Origin: an uncultured Haemophilus sp.
GTDB taxonomy: Bacteria > Pseudomonadota > Gammaproteobacteria > Enterobacterales > Pasteurellaceae
DNA: 64,000 bases
Direction: 5' to 3' (one strand)
Assembly: GCF_905205995.1 (NCBI RefSeq)
Contig: NZ_CAJLFU010000001.1
A program made the position numbers and the translations under genes. A model generated the notes under the pieces. It searched no databases. It saw only the letters and a list, made by a program, of their open reading frames with translations, and was not told the DNA's origin. Below, piece by piece: positions 53,703 through 64,000 of the stretch; within the stretch, counting starts at the first letter, position 1; each line of letters opens with the position of its first letter.

Positions 53703-54371
53703 ACCGCACTTTCCTGGCTCTTGCGCCTTCCGATAAAAAAACTCCTCGGTTACGCCTTGGGGCTCTTTTTGCTTGTTTTGATTGGTTGCTTCACCATTGA
53801 TCGTGCCGTGAGCTTTTATGTACAAGACCGCGTGTATGAAGATCTCGAAACGCTCCCGCATCGCCATTATGCATTGGTACTCGGCACATCCAAATATGTG
53901 GCTAAAGGCAAAACCAATAAATATTATGATTACCGCTTAGAAGCCTCAAAACTCTTGGTTGAGCAAGATAAAGTCGATTATTTGCTATTAAGTGGCGATA
54001 ATCGCACGCTTCAATATAACGAGCCTCGCACCATGTTTTTGGATCTACGTAAAATGGGTGTATCTGAAAGTGTGATGTTTAAAGATTTTGCGGGATTCCG
54101 CACCTTAGACTCTGTTGTGCGCGCAAGTAAAGTTTTCCAAGTGCCCTCTTTTACTATTATCAGCCAAAAATTCCATTGTGAACGCGCGCTGTTGATTGCT
54201 AAACACTATGATATTGATGCAATTTGCTTTACTGCGAAACAACCTGACGTGTATTTCGGGACACGTGTTCGCGAAATGTTTGCTCGTGTAAAAGCCGTAT
54301 TAGACTTAATTATCGGTGTAAAACCTTATTTCCTTGGTGCACCAGAACCTCTGCCAATTCCTACTGAATAG
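53703..54371 (+). CDS. sanA: SanA (DUF218) inner-membrane protein
   Basis: Collinear with E. coli SanA (…YNEPRTM…DFAGFRTLDSVVRA…QKFHCERAL…). The ORF opens at 53649. Confidence 0.8.
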   Translation, partial: TALSWLLRLPIKKLLGYALGLFLLVLIGCFTIDRAVSFYVQDRVYEDLETLPHRHYALVLGTSKYVAKGKTNKYYDYRLEASKLLVEQDKVDYLLLSGDNRTLQYNEPRTMFLDLRKMGVSESVMFKDFAGFRTLDSVVRASKVFQVPSFTIISQKFHCERALLIAKHYDIDAICFTAKQPDVYFGTRVREMFARVKAVLDLIIGVKPYFLGAPEPLPIPTE

Positions 54372-54538
54372 TTAATGATTCTTTAATTTTTACCCTGTTA
54401 AATCAAAAAATATCTAAATAATTGGTTTTTTACTCTATTTTTTTGGAGTATTTATTTGACAATTTTTGATGAAATCGCTATTTCTAATACCCATCACAAA
54501 ACACAACATCTTACTTTTCATTTTTAGAGGATTATCTT

Positions 54539-55891
54539 ATGTCTCATTTATCGGTAGCAAAATTTGGTGGTACATCCGTTGCAAACTATTCAGCTATGCA
54601 GGCTTGTGCCAAAATCATCATTGCAGATCCTAATACTCGCGTTGTCGTGCTTTCCGCATCAGCCGGTGTAACAAACTTATTAGTTGCCCTAGCAAATGGT
54701 GTAGAAGCAGAAGAACGTGCAAAATTAATCGGTGAAGTCCGTCAAATTCAAGAAAATATTTTAAATGAATTACAAGACGACAGCCGTGTGCGCCCCATCA
54801 TTGAAAAATACTTAGAAAATATTACCGCACTTTCTGAAGCGGCAAGCCTTGCGACATCAAAAGCTTTAACTGATGAAATCATCAGTCAAGGTGAAATGAT
54901 GTCGACACAAATTTTCATTGAAGTATTAAGAGAATTACAAACTACCGCAACTTGGGTCGATGTGCGTACTTTAGTCGCAACCAATGATAACTTTGGTAAA
55001 GCGGCACCAGACGATGCTCAAACCCAAACAAATTGCGATAATTTATTAAAACCATTAATCGACCGAGGTGAATTAGTCATCACCCAAGGTTTTATCGGCC
55101 GTGAACCAGGTGGTAAAACGACTACTTTAGGTCGTGGTGGTAGTGACTACTCTGCGGCACTTTTAGCTGAAGTATTAAACGCAAAAGATGTATTAATTTG
55201 GACGGATGTGGCGGGAATTTACACTACTGATCCTCGTGTCGTCTCTGAAGCAAAACGTATTGATACCATGAGCTTTGCTGAAGCTGCTGAAATGGCAACT
55301 TTCGGTGCTAAAGTATTACACCCAGCAACATTACTTCCAGCTGTACGTAGTAATATTCCTGTTTATGTGGGTTCAAGTAAAGCGCCAGATGCTGGTGGTA
55401 CTTGGGTAACACGCGATCCACAACCACGTCCGACATTCCGTGCAATTGCAGTTCGTCGTGATCAAACTTTATTGACGCTTTCAAGCTTAAGCATGTTACA
55501 TGCCCAAGGATTTCTTGCGAATGTATTCAATATCTTAGCCAAATATAAAATTTCGGTGGATACCATTACCACTTCTGAAGTGAGCATTGCATTAACGTTA
55601 GATAAAACAGGTTCTGCTTCATCTGGTATTGAATTACTTTCACCAGAATTATTAGAAGAATTAAGTCAATATTGCACCGTGAAAGTTGACACAGGTTTAT
55701 CACTTGTCGCATTAATTGGAAATGATTTACACCTTGCTTCAGGTGTAGCAAAACGTATTTTCGACACACTCGAAGGCTATAACATTCGCATGATTAGCTA
55801 TGGGGCAAGCACGAATAACATTTGTATGTTAGCGCATAGTGACAAAGCGGATGACGTAGTACGTTCATTACATAAATCGTTGTTTGAATAA
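54539..55891 (+). CDS. lysC: aspartate kinase (lysine-sensitive type)
   Basis: MSHLSVAKFGGTSVAN…; 450 aa with C-terminal ACT domains. Confidence 0.9.
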   Translation: MSHLSVAKFGGTSVANYSAMQACAKIIIADPNTRVVVLSASAGVTNLLVALANGVEAEERAKLIGEVRQIQENILNELQDDSRVRPIIEKYLENITALSEAASLATSKALTDEIISQGEMMSTQIFIEVLRELQTTATWVDVRTLVATNDNFGKAAPDDAQTQTNCDNLLKPLIDRGELVITQGFIGREPGGKTTTLGRGGSDYSAALLAEVLNAKDVLIWTDVAGIYTTDPRVVSEAKRIDTMSFAEAAEMATFGAKVLHPATLLPAVRSNIPVYVGSSKAPDAGGTWVTRDPQPRPTFRAIAVRRDQTLLTLSSLSMLHAQGFLANVFNILAKYKISVDTITTSEVSIALTLDKTGSASSGIELLSPELLEELSQYCTVKVDTGLSLVALIGNDLHLASGVAKRIFDTLEGYNIRMISYGASTNNICMLAHSDKADDVVRSLHKSLFE

Positions 55892-55912
55892 TAAATTTAA
55901 GGAAAGTGCGGT

Positions 55913-55935
55913 TAAAAATAACCGCACTTTTTTAC
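55913..55935 (+). terminator. USS-pair terminator after lysC (aaagtgcggttaaaaataaccgcactttttt)
   Basis: Perfect inverted USS followed by a T-run. Confidence 0.6.
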
Positions 55936-55987
55936 GTTTTAAATTTGAGATTAAGGCAAAAAAAGAGTAAAGTAATCGTTTGTCTGA

Positions 55988-57319
<1,332 letters not shown>

Positions 57320-57334
57320 AACAGCATAAAAATA

Positions 57335-57372
57335 AACCGCACTTTGGCATAACCAAGTGCGGTTATTTTTTT
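57335..57372 (+). terminator. USS-pair terminator after purA (aaccgcactttggcataaccaagtgcggtt)
   Basis: Inverted USS followed by tttttttt. Confidence 0.6.
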
Positions 57373-57381
57373 AAGGAGTTT

Positions 57382-58050
57382 TTGATGACTGAACAAGATA
57401 TTGCTGACTACCTAAAAAATCACCCTGATTTTTTTACCCATCGCCCTAAATTACTTCAACAACTTACCATTCCGCATAGCCATGAAGAAGGGACGATTTC
57501 CTTAGTCGAAGCACAGCTTGCTCAGCAACGAGAACAAATCAAAACGCTTACTCAACTCCTCGAAAAATTTCATCAACTTGCTCATCAAGAAGCAGATATT
57601 TTCTTTGCCCTCTTGCCTTTGCAGAAGAAACTGTTCCAGACAGAAGACTTTATCTCCATCAATGAAAAGTTAGATGACTGGGCAAAAGACTATGAGTTAG
57701 AAGGTGCTAAAATTTTACTTTTCACTGACAGCTGGCAAAAAAATAATTCTATTCCTGAACAACATTGGCTAGACCGAAAAGCCTTTGAACTCATTCGCCT
57801 AGAGCGTATGGGCTTACGCCAATTCTATTTAGGCGATCTCTCCAATAAAGAAAAAGCCCTCATGTTCCTCCCTGAAGAACTTCCTATCGGTTCTGTGGCG
57901 ATTTGCCGTTTAGGTGGAACACCGCAAAAACCAACCGCACTTTTACTCTTCAAATCTCGAGACACCGACCGTTTCCACAATGACCAAGACACCACATTTC
58001 TTCGACATTTAGTCGATATTGTGGAATTGCATTTGGGAAGATGGCTTTAA
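57382..58050 (+). CDS. DUF484 (YigA-like) protein
   Basis: 222 aa with an N-terminal coiled region and GAF-like C-terminus; resembles the YigA family. Confidence 0.55.
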   Translation: MMTEQDIADYLKNHPDFFTHRPKLLQQLTIPHSHEEGTISLVEAQLAQQREQIKTLTQLLEKFHQLAHQEADIFFALLPLQKKLFQTEDFISINEKLDDWAKDYELEGAKILLFTDSWQKNNSIPEQHWLDRKAFELIRLERMGLRQFYLGDLSNKEKALMFLPEELPIGSVAICRLGGTPQKPTALLLFKSRDTDRFHNDQDTTFLRHLVDIVELHLGRWL

Positions 58051-58058
58051 AGGTTATT

Positions 58059-58077
58059 AAGTGATCTCTATCACAAA
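58059..58077. promoter_or_regulatory. CRP/FNR-type palindrome aAGTGATCTCTATCACAa
   Basis: Inverted repeat with 5-bp arms. It matches tGTGA-N6-TCACA at 9 of 10 positions and is also compatible with FNR TTGAT-N4-ATCAA. It lies about 140 bp upstream of the ABC substrate-binding gene. Confidence 0.25.
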
Positions 58078-58213
58078 TCTGAAAATTATTTAAATTTAGA
58101 CTTTTATATTCAAATATTTAAGCGTATTTTGTAGATTAAATGTTTTGGTATAAATGTCGATCGTAGTTTGATCTCATTTACTGATTTTATCCCTATCTCA
58201 GTGAGGTTTCATT

Positions 58214-59209
58214 ATGAATAAAAAAATGTCTTTAACATTGATTGCCATTGGACTAGGTATGTCACTTAGTAATATGGCTGCGGCACAAGAAAAATTAATT
58301 GTGTACACATCAATGAAAGAATCATTAATTGGTGCATTAAAAGCAAAATTTACTGAAAAACATCCAGATGTTGAAATGGATTATCAGTCTGCCGGCGCCG
58401 GAAAATTGATGGCTAAAATTGCAACGGAAAAAGAATCCGGGAAAATTATGGCCGATGTAATTTGGACAAGTGAAGTACCTGACTTCTTCCAAATGAAAAA
58501 AAACGGCATGCTTGAAGCTTATGTTTCTCCTGAAACTGCCAATATTGTTAACCCTATCCCTAACTTTGATGGTTCTTTTACCCCAATCCGCCTCGGTACA
58601 CTAGCAATCGCCTACAATACCCGCTTCGTTAAAGATAACCCGCCTGCTGAATGGGCTGATATCTTAAAACCTGAATATAAAGGTGCGTTTGGTATTGCAA
58701 ACCCTGCATTATCGGGTACGTCATATATGAGTGTATCTTTATTAAAAGATAAATTTGGTTGGGAATTCTTTGAAAAATTAAAAGCAAATAAAGCTAAAGT
58801 AGGTAAAGGTGCTGGACAAGTTATCGACGATACCGCATCTGGTGATTTATTAGCCTCTCTCGCTGTTGACTATATTACCAACGATAAAATTAAAAAAGGC
58901 GCGCAATTAAAATTGGTTTATCCAAAAGAAACGCTCGTCATCCCTAGCCCTGCAGCAATCTTAAAAGGCACTGAACACCTTGCTGCTTCACAAAAATTTA
59001 TTGACTTCTTACTTTCTGAAGATGGACAAAAAATCATTGCAAATGAAGGAACATTACCAGTTAGAAAAGGTATTGAACTTGATGCTAAATTTGGTATGCC
59101 ATCTCTAGAAGATGCCGTATCAAGAGCAATTCCTATTGACTATGAAAAATTAATGTCAGAAAAAGAAGAAACAATTAAACATTTCACTCAAATTCTTCAA
59201 GGTCGTTAA
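58214..59209 (+). CDS. ABC transporter substrate-binding protein, AfuA/FbpA/IdiA (Fe3+-type) family 1
   Basis: Signal peptide; …LIVYTSMKESLIGALKAKFTEKHPDVEMDYQSAGAGKLMAKI… resembles the family pattern; 331 aa. Confidence 0.7.
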   Translation: MNKKMSLTLIAIGLGMSLSNMAAAQEKLIVYTSMKESLIGALKAKFTEKHPDVEMDYQSAGAGKLMAKIATEKESGKIMADVIWTSEVPDFFQMKKNGMLEAYVSPETANIVNPIPNFDGSFTPIRLGTLAIAYNTRFVKDNPPAEWADILKPEYKGAFGIANPALSGTSYMSVSLLKDKFGWEFFEKLKANKAKVGKGAGQVIDDTASGDLLASLAVDYITNDKIKKGAQLKLVYPKETLVIPSPAAILKGTEHLAASQKFIDFLLSEDGQKIIANEGTLPVRKGIELDAKFGMPSLEDAVSRAIPIDYEKLMSEKEETIKHFTQILQGR

Positions 59210-59222
59210 TCAGTAAGGAGTA

Positions 59223-60299
59223 GTGATTATGGCAACAATTACATTTGAAAATGTATCCAAAAAATTCGGTTCAAATGAAGTGTTAAAAAATCTGTCCTTA
59301 GTTGTACAAGATGGAGAATGTTTTACGCTTCTTGGCCCATCCGGCTGTGGGAAAACTGTCTTATTACGCCTGCTTGCAGGATTTGATGTGCCAGATAGTG
59401 GTCGTATTTTAATTGATGATGTGGTTGTTGCCGATCCCGCTACAAACACGGATATTCCGCCAGATCAACGCGGTCTAGGTGTGGTCTTCCAAGATTATGC
59501 TGTTTGGCCGCATATGACTGTTTTTGACAATATCGCCTACCCTCTAAAATTAAAGAATATTGAAAAACAAGCCCTCCATAAACAAGTAATGGAAGTGGTC
59601 GAATTAGTTAATTTAACTGGTTTAGAAGAACGTTTACCTTCTCAATTATCAGGAGGACAACAACAGCGTGTTGCTCTCGCAAGGGCATTAGTTGCTAAAC
59701 CGTCTTTAATGCTCTTAGACGAACCTCTCAATAATTTGGACGCCAATCTTCGAGAAGAAATGCGTTTTGAAATTAAAGAATTACAGAAAAAGCTCGGTAT
59801 TACTATTCTTTACGTAACACATGACCAAGAAATTGCCTTAGCAATATCAGATCGTTTGGCCATTATGAATGAACATGGCGATATCCAACAAGTTGGAACA
59901 CCATGGGACATTTATGAGCGTTCAGAAAATGAGATGGTGTTTAAATTTATGGGACTCGCAAATTTCATTCCTGTGAGATACCAAAATAACCATCATTATA
60001 TTGGAGAAGGTAATCAAATTTTAAACTGGAAAAACTTGCCACCTAACTCAGGGAAATTAGGATGTCGACCTTCCGATATCATACTAAGTAAAGACAATGA
60101 AGGTTTACTAGGAAAAATATCAAGAGCCAGCTTTCTTGGCGCAGTAATGGATTATATGGTAGAGATTGATGGTGTAACACTACGAACAGAAATCCCAACT
60201 AATAAAGCATTACGTAATAATTTAATGTTCAATGAAGGTGAAAATTGCTTTATCAGTTTTCATGATTTGCTTTGGTTTGATTCTGCTAAAGAAATCTAG
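59223..60299 (+). CDS. ABC transporter ATPase 1 (FbpC/PotA-like, with C-terminal TOBE domain)
   Basis: Walker A GPSGCGKT; signature LSGGQQQRVALARAL; Walker B LLDEPLNNLD; H-loop YVTHDQ. Confidence 0.8.
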   Translation: MIMATITFENVSKKFGSNEVLKNLSLVVQDGECFTLLGPSGCGKTVLLRLLAGFDVPDSGRILIDDVVVADPATNTDIPPDQRGLGVVFQDYAVWPHMTVFDNIAYPLKLKNIEKQALHKQVMEVVELVNLTGLEERLPSQLSGGQQQRVALARALVAKPSLMLLDEPLNNLDANLREEMRFEIKELQKKLGITILYVTHDQEIALAISDRLAIMNEHGDIQQVGTPWDIYERSENEMVFKFMGLANFIPVRYQNNHHYIGEGNQILNWKNLPPNSGKLGCRPSDIILSKDNEGLLGKISRASFLGAVMDYMVEIDGVTLRTEIPTNKALRNNLMFNEGENCFISFHDLLWFDSAKEI

Positions 60300-60310
60300 A
60301 GGGGTTTATT

Positions 60311-62005
60311 ATGGCTACAACTATTCAAAATAATCATCCATTCAATATTGCTAACGTTATTCTAGCCTTATCTATCGGTATCTTAGTTATCGTTGTTGCG
60401 GTTCCTGTTTTACTTATTTTCCTCAATTCTTTTTGGGTTGATGGGCAATTTAATATCACCGATGTGGTGAATATTCTTAAGCAAGAAGAAACCTATGAAG
60501 CATTACTCAATTCACTTTTCATCGCATCTGGCGTAACTGTGATGAGTACGATTATTGGTACATTTTTTGCTTGGTTAGTAACTCGAACAGATCTACCTTA
60601 TAAAGGTTTTATGAAAGTGATGTTCCTTGTACCTTTTATGCTTCCTTCTTTCATTGGGGCATTAGCTTGGAAAATGTTACTTTCACCACGTTCTGGTTAC
60701 ATTAACCAATTCTTTATGGATTTAGGATTTGATGGGCCTATTTTTAATATCTATAGCTACGCTGGTATTATGGCTGTAGAAACGATGTATCTTTTCCCAT
60801 TCGTCTTTATCCAAGTCTGTGGTGCATTAGAGCGCATGGACCCTACATTAGAAGAATCAGCGAGAATCTCAGGCGCAAGCCTCTTTACTATTACACGTAA
60901 AATTACCATTCCACTCGTTATGCCAAGTATCCTTTCTGGTGCATTACTCATTATGCTCTATTCCATGGCTCACTTTGGTACAGTTGCCGTACTGGGCGTA
61001 GAAAATGGTATTTTCAACATTCCAACCCTCATTTATGAACGCATTCACCAAAGTGCGGGTAGTTTTGAAGCCATTCGTACCGGTACTGTGCTTGCAACTG
61101 TTTTAGTATTCACTGCAGCACTGATTATTTGGTTACAAAACAAAATCTTAAATAAAGGTCGATTCCAAATTATTGCAGGTAAAAGCTTTAGACCTATCGA
61201 AGTAAAACTTCGTGGTTTGAGAAAACCGTTGCTTGTGATTTGCTTACTCTACATCGCCTTTACAATCGTATTGCCTACAGTCACGATTTTCCTTGTTGGC
61301 GGATTAAAAACCTATGGATTACCAATTACATGGGAAAATCTCACATTAGATAACTATAAATTCATCTTATTTGAATGGCAGTTAACAAAAGATGCAATTC
61401 GCAATAGTGTGACTCTTGGTCTCGCTGCAGCACTGATTACCATGTTTGCCGGGGTAATGATTTCTTATGTTATCGTTAAAATGCGTGTTCGCGGAAAAGG
61501 CATTCTTGAGTTCTTAGGTATGTTGCCATTCTCCGTACCTGGCTCTGTAATTGCTCTTGGGGTGATCCTTGCTTGGAGTGGTAAATTTGGCATCAATCTC
61601 TACAACACCGTTTGGATTATTTTAATTGCTTACATTGCACGTTATATGGCTTTCTCACTCAAAGCCAACTCTGCAGCACTTGAGCAAGTACATGATTCAT
61701 TAGTTGAAGCTTCTCGAGCATGTGGAGCAAGTATGTGGCAATCCTTAAAAGATATTGTTATCCCACTCGTAAGACCTGGGATGATTGCTGCTTTCTTCCT
61801 TATTTTCCTTCCAGCTCTACGTGAATTAACCGTTTCTGTTATGTTATATGGTCCTTCTACTCGAACTATCGGGGTAGCTATTTATACCCTAAATGAAGAC
61901 GGTGAAACGGTTTATTCTGCGGCATTAGCGGGTATTGCCCTAATAATCATTGTATTAGGTCAAACCGTTATTAAACGTTATGCTGAAAAGAAAACTCAAA
62001 AATAG
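60311..62005 (+). CDS. fused double ABC permease (FbpB/AfuB-type, two TMD halves)
   Basis: 564 aa with about 12 TM segments in two repeated halves, each with an EAA-like loop. Confidence 0.8.
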   Translation: MATTIQNNHPFNIANVILALSIGILVIVVAVPVLLIFLNSFWVDGQFNITDVVNILKQEETYEALLNSLFIASGVTVMSTIIGTFFAWLVTRTDLPYKGFMKVMFLVPFMLPSFIGALAWKMLLSPRSGYINQFFMDLGFDGPIFNIYSYAGIMAVETMYLFPFVFIQVCGALERMDPTLEESARISGASLFTITRKITIPLVMPSILSGALLIMLYSMAHFGTVAVLGVENGIFNIPTLIYERIHQSAGSFEAIRTGTVLATVLVFTAALIIWLQNKILNKGRFQIIAGKSFRPIEVKLRGLRKPLLVICLLYIAFTIVLPTVTIFLVGGLKTYGLPITWENLTLDNYKFILFEWQLTKDAIRNSVTLGLAAALITMFAGVMISYVIVKMRVRGKGILEFLGMLPFSVPGSVIALGVILAWSGKFGINLYNTVWIILIAYIARYMAFSLKANSAALEQVHDSLVEASRACGASMWQSLKDIVIPLVRPGMIAAFFLIFLPALRELTVSVMLYGPSTRTIGVAIYTLNEDGETVYSAALAGIALIIIVLGQTVIKRYAEKKTQK

Positions 62006-62022
62006 AAGGTTAGGAGTAAAAG

Positions 62023-63081
62023 ATGAGCTATATTCAATTAAATCATGTCATGAAAAAATTTGGTGATGTTATTGCCATTGAAGATCTTAACCTTTCTATC
62101 GAAAAAGGCGAATGTTTCTCTATGCTAGGGCCATCAGGTTGTGGAAAAACAACTACTCTACGAATGATTGCAGGCTTTGAAGACTTAGACGGAGGAGAAA
62201 TTAAAGTCGGTGATAAATTACTGTCATCGAAGAAAGACAATTTCTATCTTCCACCAGAGAAACGCAATTTCGGTATGGTATTTCAGGCCTTTGCGGTATG
62301 GCCACATATGACAGTATATGATAACGTTGCCTTTCCGTTAAAACTCAAAAATATTTCAGCCCAAGAAATTGAAAAACGAACAACTGATGCCTTAAGACAC
62401 ACTAATTTACTTAGTGTTGCTAAGAAAAGCCCTGACGATTTATCTGGTGGTGGAAAACAACGTGTGGCACTTGCTAGAGCATTAGCAATTAACCCTGATG
62501 TTATGTTACTAGACGAACCATTATCAAGCCTAGATCCCCATCTTCGCGAAGAAATGCGTTTTGAAATTAAAGCATTACAGAAAAAATTTGGGTTCTCAAT
62601 TATTTATGTGACTCATGACCAATCTGAAGCGATGGCACTTTCAGATCGTATTATGGTCATGAAGAAAGGGGCGGTACAACAAATTGATACCCCATTAAAT
62701 ATTTATAACAACCCAGCGAACAAGTTTGTCTTCAATTTTATCGGGTTATCAAATCAATTAAATGTAAACCTATCATCGCAAGGTATTCATATTGATAAAG
62801 TTGATGGTATTTTTAATCTTCCAGAAATGCCAAATAATGATTTACTTTCACAAGGTAAAGCGATATTAGCAAGCCGTCCATCTGACATTGAATTTGTTCA
62901 ACAAGGTGGAATCCCTGGTATCGTAAAACGTCGCTCTTATCTTGGTGAAGTAACGGATTACAATATCCAAGTTGGAGATCAAGATATTCGTGTTCAAATT
63001 GGACGACGAGATTCTGGCCCGAAAGAAGGGGAAACATGTCAGATAGCCTTTGAACATTTGCATTGGTACCCTGCTGAATAA
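62023..63081 (+). CDS. ABC transporter ATPase 2 (second NBD gene; atypical signature LSGGGKQR)
   Basis: Walker A GPSGCGKT; signature LSGGGKQRVALARAL (Gly-Lys in place of Gln-Gln); Walker B LLDEPLSSLD; H-loop YVTHDQ; TOBE-like C-terminus. Confidence 0.8.
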   Translation: MSYIQLNHVMKKFGDVIAIEDLNLSIEKGECFSMLGPSGCGKTTTLRMIAGFEDLDGGEIKVGDKLLSSKKDNFYLPPEKRNFGMVFQAFAVWPHMTVYDNVAFPLKLKNISAQEIEKRTTDALRHTNLLSVAKKSPDDLSGGGKQRVALARALAINPDVMLLDEPLSSLDPHLREEMRFEIKALQKKFGFSIIYVTHDQSEAMALSDRIMVMKKGAVQQIDTPLNIYNNPANKFVFNFIGLSNQLNVNLSSQGIHIDKVDGIFNLPEMPNNDLLSQGKAILASRPSDIEFVQQGGIPGIVKRRSYLGEVTDYNIQVGDQDIRVQIGRRDSGPKEGETCQIAFEHLHWYPAE

Positions 63082-63088
63082 CATATCC

Positions 63089-63126
63089 TAAGTGCGGTTA
63101 AATTGAACCGCACTTTTATTTTTTAT
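63089..63126 (+). terminator. USS-pair terminator (taagtgcggttaaattgaaccgcacttttatttttt)
   Basis: Inverted USS followed by a T-run after ATPase 2. Confidence 0.6.
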
Positions 63127-63289
63127 GATAATTAAACAAGCTTTTCTCATTATCAACTAATCTTTGATCTTGCTCACAATTTCAAAAAAATAAACTTTCT
63201 TTATTTTTCAACTCTTTCTACAATACCTTTGTTTTTATTATTAAAAACACACAATTCAATTTAACTTCAGATATCACAAGGGTCTAATT

Positions 63290-64000
63290 ATGAAAATTTT
63301 AACTTGGCCTGTGGTTGCAGGTGCTGCACTTGGTATCGTTGCGCCACTTCTCACTTACAATGGCAACCCTGGTAATATGGGATTTTGTGCGGCTTGTTTC
63401 TTACGCGATACAGCCGGATCGCTTGGGTTACACCACGCCGCCCCATTACAATACCTTCGCCCAGAACTCATTGGATTAGTTTTAGGAGCACTCGCCAGTG
63501 CATTCTTCTCTAAGGAATTTAAACCTCGTGGTGGCTCTGCCCCACTTGCTCGTATTAGCTTAGGCTTTTTTGCGATGCTTGGTGCGCTCATTTTCTTAGG
63601 TTGTCCATGGCGCGCTTATTTACGATTAGGTGGCGGTGATCTCACTGCAATTGCAGGTATTGTAGGATTGTTTGCCGGTGTATTAGGCGGCATTTTCTTC
63701 GCTAATCGAGGATTCTCATTAGGTAAATCTAAGGAACAAAGCCAATCTTCGGGTTTAATTGGTCCAATTTTTGCCGTAATTTTGCTTGTTTTAGCCTTAA
63801 CCCAATTTAAATTTGGTGAAAATCTAGCGATTTACACCTCTGAAAAAGGGCCAGGTGCACAACATGCGGCTATTTGGATGTCACTTGCTGGCGGATTACC
63901 TCTCGGTGTGCTGATGCAAAAATCGCGTTTTTGCACAATTGGGGCATTTCGAAACTTTGTCCTCTTCCGTGATGCACATTTATTAAATGGTGTGATTGCA
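63290..64000 (+). CDS. YedE/YeeE-family membrane protein, N-terminal part; CDS runs off the right edge
   Basis: ATG at 63290 is absent from the ORF track because no stop occurs within the window. It translates as MKILTWPVVAGAALGIVAPLLTYNGNPGNMGFCAACFLRDTAG…, with the Cys-containing GFCxACxxRD motif and repeated Gly-rich TM segments typical of YedE/YeeE sulfur/selenium transporters. Confidence 0.5.
   Translation, partial: MKILTWPVVAGAALGIVAPLLTYNGNPGNMGFCAACFLRDTAGSLGLHHAAPLQYLRPELIGLVLGALASAFFSKEFKPRGGSAPLARISLGFFAMLGALIFLGCPWRAYLRLGGGDLTAIAGIVGLFAGVLGGIFFANRGFSLGKSKEQSQSSGLIGPIFAVILLVLALTQFKFGENLAIYTSEKGPGAQHAAIWMSLAGGLPLGVLMQKSRFCTIGAFRNFVLFRDAHLLNGVIA

Noticed and set aside
54372-54538. 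Looked for a lysine riboswitch (LYS element) in the lysC 5' region
   Set aside because: The leader is only about 165 nt and lacks the conserved lysine-riboswitch helices and GAGGCGC-type core. Only a plausible sigma-70 promoter (TTGACA...) is present.
63355-63591. 78-aa minus-strand ORF near the right edge
   Set aside because: It is antisense to the better-supported YedE/YeeE-family plus-strand CDS that starts at 63290 and runs off the window.

Overview
This window reads as a Pasteurellaceae chromosome segment of the Haemophilus/Aggregatibacter/Pasteurella type. The Hin-type uptake signal sequence AAGTGCGGT occurs about 40 times, and inverted USS pairs act as terminators between many genes. 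Most of the window is core housekeeping genes in conserved order: scrK (3' end), scrB, pgi, alr, dnaB, pykA, tRNA-Val, ettA, yciH-pyrF-lapB-lapA-ihfB-rpsA-cmk, mtnN, recJ, dsbC, prfB with its programmed +1 frameshift, ycjF and ycjX, sapABCDF, sppA, ydjA, metX, sanA, lysC and purA. Accessory content sits between these blocks. First, a YddB-like TonB-dependent receptor and YddA-like ABC exporter pair, followed by a translationally coupled Wzx-like flippase, polysaccharide pyruvyl transferase and ElyC (DUF218) operon with no glycosyltransferase. Second, a DUF1007 and NicO-like metal uptake pair. Third, a 955-aa AT-rich TonB-dependent receptor of the transferrin/haemoglobin-receptor type wedged between cmk and mtnN. 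Fourth, a roughly 3-kb insertion that splits the normally contiguous ycjX-ycjF operon; it carries sodC plus a three-gene module of a transglutaminase-like lipoprotein and MerT-like and MerP-like proteins with no merA or merR. Fifth, an ABC importer with two distinct ATPase genes flanking a fused double permease. Sixth, a Cys-based tyrosine-phosphatase lipoprotein carrying an in-frame 81-aa N-terminal extension. No CRISPR array, integrase, transposase, restriction-modification or recognisable defence genes were seen. The ORF track is authoritative for coordinates; positions I read off the sequence myself are accurate to a few bases.
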